Positions 58,614 through 64,000 of a stretch of 64,000 bases of DNA are shown here, in pieces; the first letter of the stretch is position 1; each line of letters begins with the position of its first letter. A program made the translations under genes and the position numbers. The notes beneath the pieces were generated by a model that was not told where the DNA came from, ran no database searches, and saw nothing but the letters and a program-made list of their open reading frames with translations. Origin of the DNA: Candidatus Nomurabacteria bacterium (GTDB taxonomy: Bacteria; Patescibacteriota; Minisyncoccia; Phycocordibacterales; UBA5272); assembly GCA_029288775.1 (NCBI GenBank), contig JARIGQ010000006.1, positions 64,120 to 128,119 on the forward strand. The letters run 5' to 3'.

Positions 58614-59046
58614 AGGTTTCTTTTCTATGTGCTGAAGCTAGCTTTTTCTTAAGCCATCCTAACTGTTTACCTATCCCCAAACCTTTGAGTGGTACTTTTG
58701 CATTTCTACAAAGGGGAAGCAAAAACTTCCTGTAGTTTTCTCCCGCTAAGAAAATAATTTCGTCGTTACGAAAATCTATTTTCCCTTCCGTTTGATCGAT
58801 CACATCAAGTGCCCAGTCTTTGAGTTCGTGCGATTTCTTAGTATTGAGTGTTTCGTTATAGGTATCGATTTCTTTTTCCGGATCTACTAGGCCATATTTT
58901 GCCGAAAGAATGTAAATTGCATCTGGTTTGAGAGACTCCGCATACGTATAGTTCATCGTAAAGAGGGGGCTAATATACAAATCCTTGGCTTTGGCACGCC
59001 TATCTAGCTTTGTGCTTACGCAGGAGATAAGGACGATGCGGCTCAT
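58594..59046 (-). CDS. DUF6884-like protein
   Basis: IVLISC...K, A.DLY.SPLF, ILSAKYGL, Y..TL, LAG..Y and PL.GLGIG.QL.WL. Confidence 0.8.
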   Translation of the reverse strand: MSRIVLISCVSTKLDRRAKAKDLYISPLFTMNYTYAESLKPDAIYILSAKYGLVDPEKEIDTYNETLNTKKSHELKDWALDVIDQTEGKIDFRNDEIIFLAGENYRKFLLPLCRNAKVPLKGLGIGKQLGWLKKKLASAHRKETYEQTLF

Positions 59047-59053
59047 ACGCCGA

Positions 59054-59728
59054 TTATACTCCTATGCCTTGTTGTTCGCACCATGTAATACACTGCTCAA
59101 GTACCTCATCGCGACTCATAGAAGAGGAGTCGATTACAAGTGCGTCATCGGCAGGATAGAGTGCGCCAACTTCTTTGTTTTTATCACGCTCGTCGCGCAG
59201 AAGGAGTTCTTCGTAAATTTGTTCAAGGGTCTTACCGGTATGGGCTTTTTCTTCTTCTACAAATCTGCGTGAGGCTCGAATAGCAGGATCGGCATCGAGA
59301 TAAATCTTTGCTTGTGCTTGGGTAAATACGCGCGTGCACATGTCTCGGCCTTCCGCTACAAGTCCTGGTGCCTTGGCCATACGAAGCATGGTTTCATCGA
59401 GCGCTAAACGTACTTCGGTGATACTGCTTACGATCGATGCCGGGCTGCCATAGGTTTGGGTAGAAAGAATTGGCCAAATATCATCTCCATTGACGAGCAC
59501 TTTTTTGTCTTCAAAAGTAACTTCCAAGTTCTTGGCGATATTAACAAGAAGTTCCACATTGTCGAGCTCTACTCCGCTTGCTAGTGCTTCATAGGCAACC
59601 AGGCGATAGAGTGCGCCTGAGTTTAAATAGTTAAATCCGAAGTGCTGCGCCAGGCGATAGGCGATAGTACCTTTGCCGGAAGATGAGGTCCCGTCTATGG
59701 CTATTATCGGGATTTCGGGACGTTCCAT
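59054..59728 (-). CDS. cmk: Cytidylate kinase
   Basis: IAIDGTSSSGKGT, SGALYR, AEGRD...VF and RD.RD. Confidence 0.95.
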   Translation of the reverse strand: MERPEIPIIAIDGTSSSGKGTIAYRLAQHFGFNYLNSGALYRLVAYEALASGVELDNVELLVNIAKNLEVTFEDKKVLVNGDDIWPILSTQTYGSPASIVSSITEVRLALDETMLRMAKAPGLVAEGRDMCTRVFTQAQAKIYLDADPAIRASRRFVEEEKAHTGKTLEQIYEELLLRDERDKNKEVGALYPADDALVIDSSSMSRDEVLEQCITWCEQQGIGV

Positions 59729-59825
59729 ACGCTTTGGAGTATACCTGGGCAGAAGCCTTTTTTCCAAGAAAGTGGGGATATTCTACCTAATGCGAAAGAA
59801 ACCCTATAAATCCTTGATAAAATGC

Positions 59826-59854
59826 TTGACTTCCCGACCTTTTAGGTATAGAAT
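59826..59854 (+). promoter_or_regulatory. 16S rRNA promoter
   Basis: TTGACT-17 nt-TAGAAT upstream of the rRNA leader. Confidence 0.7.
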
Positions 59855-60041
59855 AGGGGTCTTCGCGAGCTTCAGGGTAACTTGTAGCAAACGGAGAATT
59901 TCAGTAGTAAATTGTCAAAGCAAGAGCAGCTGCGGAAGATAGATCAGAAAACTCTCAAATGTTTCTGATTACAAACGTCTTCTGATGACGCTGCAAACAT
60001 TACACACATTGTGCATTTTTGTTTTTCTTTTGTCACACTCT

Positions 60042-61592
<1,551 letters not shown>

Positions 61593-61779
61593 TGAAATCG
61601 GTCAACATACCTATTTAATAGGGTGTATGATTCTTGTCGAACTATTGTTTTCAATAGAGGAATTGATAGTGATCCTTAACACTATCCGCGTTACAGCGAA
61701 AGGTAACACAAGTCGCGCAAGCGCTAGAGTGTGACAAAAGAAAGATGTGAAATCTCAATGTGTGTAATGTAATGAAATA

Positions 61780-61808
61780 GCCCCGATCGCTACGCGATCG
61801 GGGCTTCT
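61780..61808. terminator. Terminator after the 16S gene
   Basis: GCCCCGATCGC-TAC-GCGATCGGGGC-TTCT. Confidence 0.75.
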
Positions 61809-61820
61809 CCGTTTTCGGAT

Positions 61821-62201
61821 TCATGCCTGCTTCTTCCAGGGTGGGGGAGGGGCAATTGATTCCCCGGTGCGATCAGCTGGTTGCTTTTTGAAGAGTAGGT
61901 TGTTATTGCGCAACCGCTGGCCGTTTCCGCGAAAGAGCATCCATACCCGGCTTGGCGGTTTGTACCACAAGAGGCAGCCACAACTTTCCGCCAGACGTTT
62001 CTCGATCACAACTTCGGCGACCGCCCATTTGAGATCCAGTGTCGCTTCCTCTTTTGTTTGGAGGATGTGTGAACCCTGGGTGAATGGGAGATTGTGTGCC
62101 GAAAGGGTGTGGGCCATCGCTTGAAGCTGATCCACGTTGCCGGCAACTGCCCAGCTTGAGAGGCGACGCCTTTTCTGCTGTTCGGTTTCAGTGCGTTCCA
62201 C
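61821..62201 (-). CDS. Hypothetical protein
   Basis: GTG start after AAAAGGAGATACTCC; GC-rich. Confidence 0.65.
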   Translation of the reverse strand: MERTETEQQKRRRLSSWAVAGNVDQLQAMAHTLSAHNLPFTQGSHILQTKEEATLDLKWAVAEVVIEKRLAESCGCLLWYKPPSRVWMLFRGNGQRLRNNNLLFKKQPADRTGESIAPPPPWKKQA

Positions 62202-62325
62202 GGAGTATCTCCTTTTAATGAACGGATGTCTCATTTTCCCTTATGGAGTAAGCTTTTGCAAGGTATTGACTTTTATATAAAAACGTGATATATTATATTA
62301 GTACCCATAACGGAGGAGTTCCTTC

Positions 62326-62568
62326 ATGAACCACCATTTTTCGAAAACGATGACGATCGGTGGAACCGACCGCCATCGCATGAACGCGATGGACTTCGGT
62401 CGCCCGGTGCCGGCCGGCAAGAAGCAGGCCGATTGGTCTGGGGTCATCATTGCAGGAGGGGTCATCCTCTTCCTCGTGGTCCTGGCTCTGCCGACGGTTT
62501 CGGAATCGTTCCGGCAACATACCGGCATCACGGGCTGGGTGGAATCCCTGCGGAATCTCTTCCGCTAA
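62326..62568 (+). CDS. Small single-TM protein
   Basis: GGAGGAG SD; TTGACT-17-TATATT promoter at 62266; terminator at about 62589-62623. Confidence 0.7.
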   Translation: MNHHFSKTMTIGGTDRHRMNAMDFGRPVPAGKKQADWSGVIIAGGVILFLVVLALPTVSESFRQHTGITGWVESLRNLFR

Positions 62569-62670
62569 TCCATCCCGGACCTTCAACCAAGCCTGCCTGC
62601 GCTTACGCGCGGCAGGCTTTTTCATTTGGTATTTTTGTGGTAGTATTGTGCTTACGTTTCAAATAATCAT

Positions 62671-62743
62671 GCGCGAATAGCTCAGCTGGTAGAGCACTCG
62701 ACTGATACTCGAGCGGTCCCAAGTTCGAATCTTGGTTCGCGCA
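62671..62743 (+). tRNA. tRNA-Ile, anticodon GAT
   Basis: Acceptor GCGCGAA/TTCGCGC; anticodon arm CTCGA-CTGATAC-TCGAG; GTTCGAA T-loop. Confidence 0.95.
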
Positions 62744-62936
62744 CATGGAAACAAAAAGACGGGCAACTAATTGAGCGCGTCTTTTTGTTTTTACTTATGA
62801 ACCAAGATTCGAACGGGGAAAGGGGTCGGGAAAACGGATAAAGTTTTCCCGTGGCGGAAGAATGGAAACCGAGGGGTTTCCAAACCGAAATGAGTGATAA
62901 CGAATGGAGGTTGTGAGATTCTTGGTTCGCGCACCA
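62744..62936 (+). repeat. tRNA-tail element with inverted and direct copies of the tRNA 3' end
   Basis: Inverted GAACCAAGATTCGAAC at 62799-62814; direct TCTTGGTTCGCGCAC(CA) at 62920-62936. Confidence 0.75.
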
Positions 62937-62997
62937 ATAGACAAAACCACTCGCATCTTGTAGAGTGGTTTTGTTCTTTGTCCTTGAGGGGGTTTCT

Positions 62998-63309
62998 ATG
63001 GATGGTTACAGAATTGCCGGAAAGGGGGATCTTCCCGACATCCTACATCGCTTGAAGTCGGGAGATCACAAAGGTGTCTTGGTGCGGTCGCTGTATCGTT
63101 CCGACACTGAACCGTATGCACTCCTCGAACTTTGTCGGGGACCTTTTACGCTTCAGGAGGGTATTCTTTCCGGATTTGCCAATAATGGGGAGCATGCATT
63201 GCTTCGCATTGCAGATAGTTCGCTGTCTCACGTGGAAATTAAGTTGGGCAACGAAGAGTGGTTTGGGCCGGAGCTCAGTTCGATCGTTCTTCTCATTCCC
63301 GCGAAGTAA
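62998..63309 (+). CDS. Hypothetical protein
   Basis: GAGGGGG SD before the ATG; terminator follows. Confidence 0.6.
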   Translation: MDGYRIAGKGDLPDILHRLKSGDHKGVLVRSLYRSDTEPYALLELCRGPFTLQEGILSGFANNGEHALLRIADSSLSHVEIKLGNEEWFGPELSSIVLLIPAK

Positions 63310-63403
63310 CCGCACGCAAAACCGCGTGCGGTTTTGTTTTTGAATATTGACAAATAAATTTTAATATGTTACAATGTATTTGTTCTTTTTTACGGAGATT
63401 TCC

Positions 63404-63613
63404 ATGTCTCACACAAAATCATTTGGCCACCGTTGCGCGGTCGTGCTTGCTTTCGTGATGTTCATCAGCATCATGGCGCAGCCTGCGCGAGACCTGTGGG
63501 TTTCGTACCAGGTCGCTTTCGCGGAAGATCCCGCTTTCATGTGGTTCTTCATGGAAGGCGGTATCACCATGACGATCTTCATTTACCTCCTTTGGCCACG
63601 AAGGACTCGTTAA
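63404..63613 (+). CDS. Small two-TM protein
   Basis: GGAG SD; TTGACA-17-TACAAT promoter at 63347; terminator follows. Confidence 0.65.
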   Translation: MSHTKSFGHRCAVVLAFVMFISIMAQPARDLWVSYQVAFAEDPAFMWFFMEGGITMTIFIYLLWPRRTR

Positions 63614-63719
63614 GTCTGAACCGACCGCATGCAAAACCGCGTGCGGTTTTGTTTTTATAATACGTCGTTTGTGTTTAGTGCTGTTGCTTTCTCTTTTATG
63701 GAGCATACACTTAGGGTGT

Positions 63720-64000
63720 ATGGACACAACAATCAATTATTGGGCAGTGCTAGGAGGGGCTATCTTTTTATTCATAATGGGAATGATTTGGTATGGGCCA
63801 TTGTTTGGCAAGCTTTGGAGAAAGATTGTAGGTGCTGAACATATGAGCAAAGAGGAAATGGCGAAGATGCAAAAGGAGATGATGCCTATGTATCTTATGA
63901 CCATTGTGCTTGGTTTTATTACAAGCTATGTTTTGTATACGTTCGTACATATGTCGGGCATGGGAATTTCTATGGGATTCTGGATTTGGCTTGGCTTTCA
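63720..64000 (+). CDS. DUF1761-like membrane protein (runs off the window)
   Basis: Manual translation MDTTINYWAVLGGAIFLFIMGMIWYGPLFGKLW. Confidence 0.8.
   Translation, partial: MDTTINYWAVLGGAIFLFIMGMIWYGPLFGKLWRKIVGAEHMSKEEMAKMQKEMMPMYLMTIVLGFITSYVLYTFVHMSGMGISMGFWIWLGF

Noticed and set aside
63300-63660. Integron attC sites
   Set aside because: The hairpins lack the GTTRRRY core and attC-like bulges, and no integrase is present; they look like terminators

Overview
This window is chromosomal DNA from a Candidate Phyla Radiation (Patescibacteria) bacterium, most likely Parcubacteria; the assignment is inferred from the 16S sequence, gene content and an rplK with no rplA after it. The housekeeping backbone is secE-nusG-rplK, argS, ileS (with T-box), recO, metG, tatD, rpsF-ssb-rpsR, ndk, infC-rpmI-rplT, smpB-tmRNA, ftsH, recG, secDF, dsbB and cmk, plus a stand-alone 16S rRNA gene and two tRNA-Ile genes (anticodons GAT and TAT). 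The most striking pattern is two incompatible translation regimes in one genome. The 16S rRNA 3' end lacks the anti-Shine-Dalgarno CCUCC, and core genes look leaderless or SD-less. Yet about a dozen scattered, GC-richer, self-contained genes carry strong SD sites: a dcd/thyX/tmk thymidylate module, a proteobacterial-style lipoprotein and several small orphan proteins. Other notable items: a Gly/Asp-rich AHAD peptide near two 2OG-Fe(II) hydroxylases (possible modified-peptide system); two tandem compact 6S-like RNAs; an ultrashort-stem-I T-box with a terminator; a histidine-phosphatase domain inserted in IleRS; two covarying long hairpins upstream of ribosomal protein genes; a tRNA-tail mini-element; and a decayed four-helix-bundle gene flanked by inverted repeats. 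All calls come from manual motif recognition; no searches were run.
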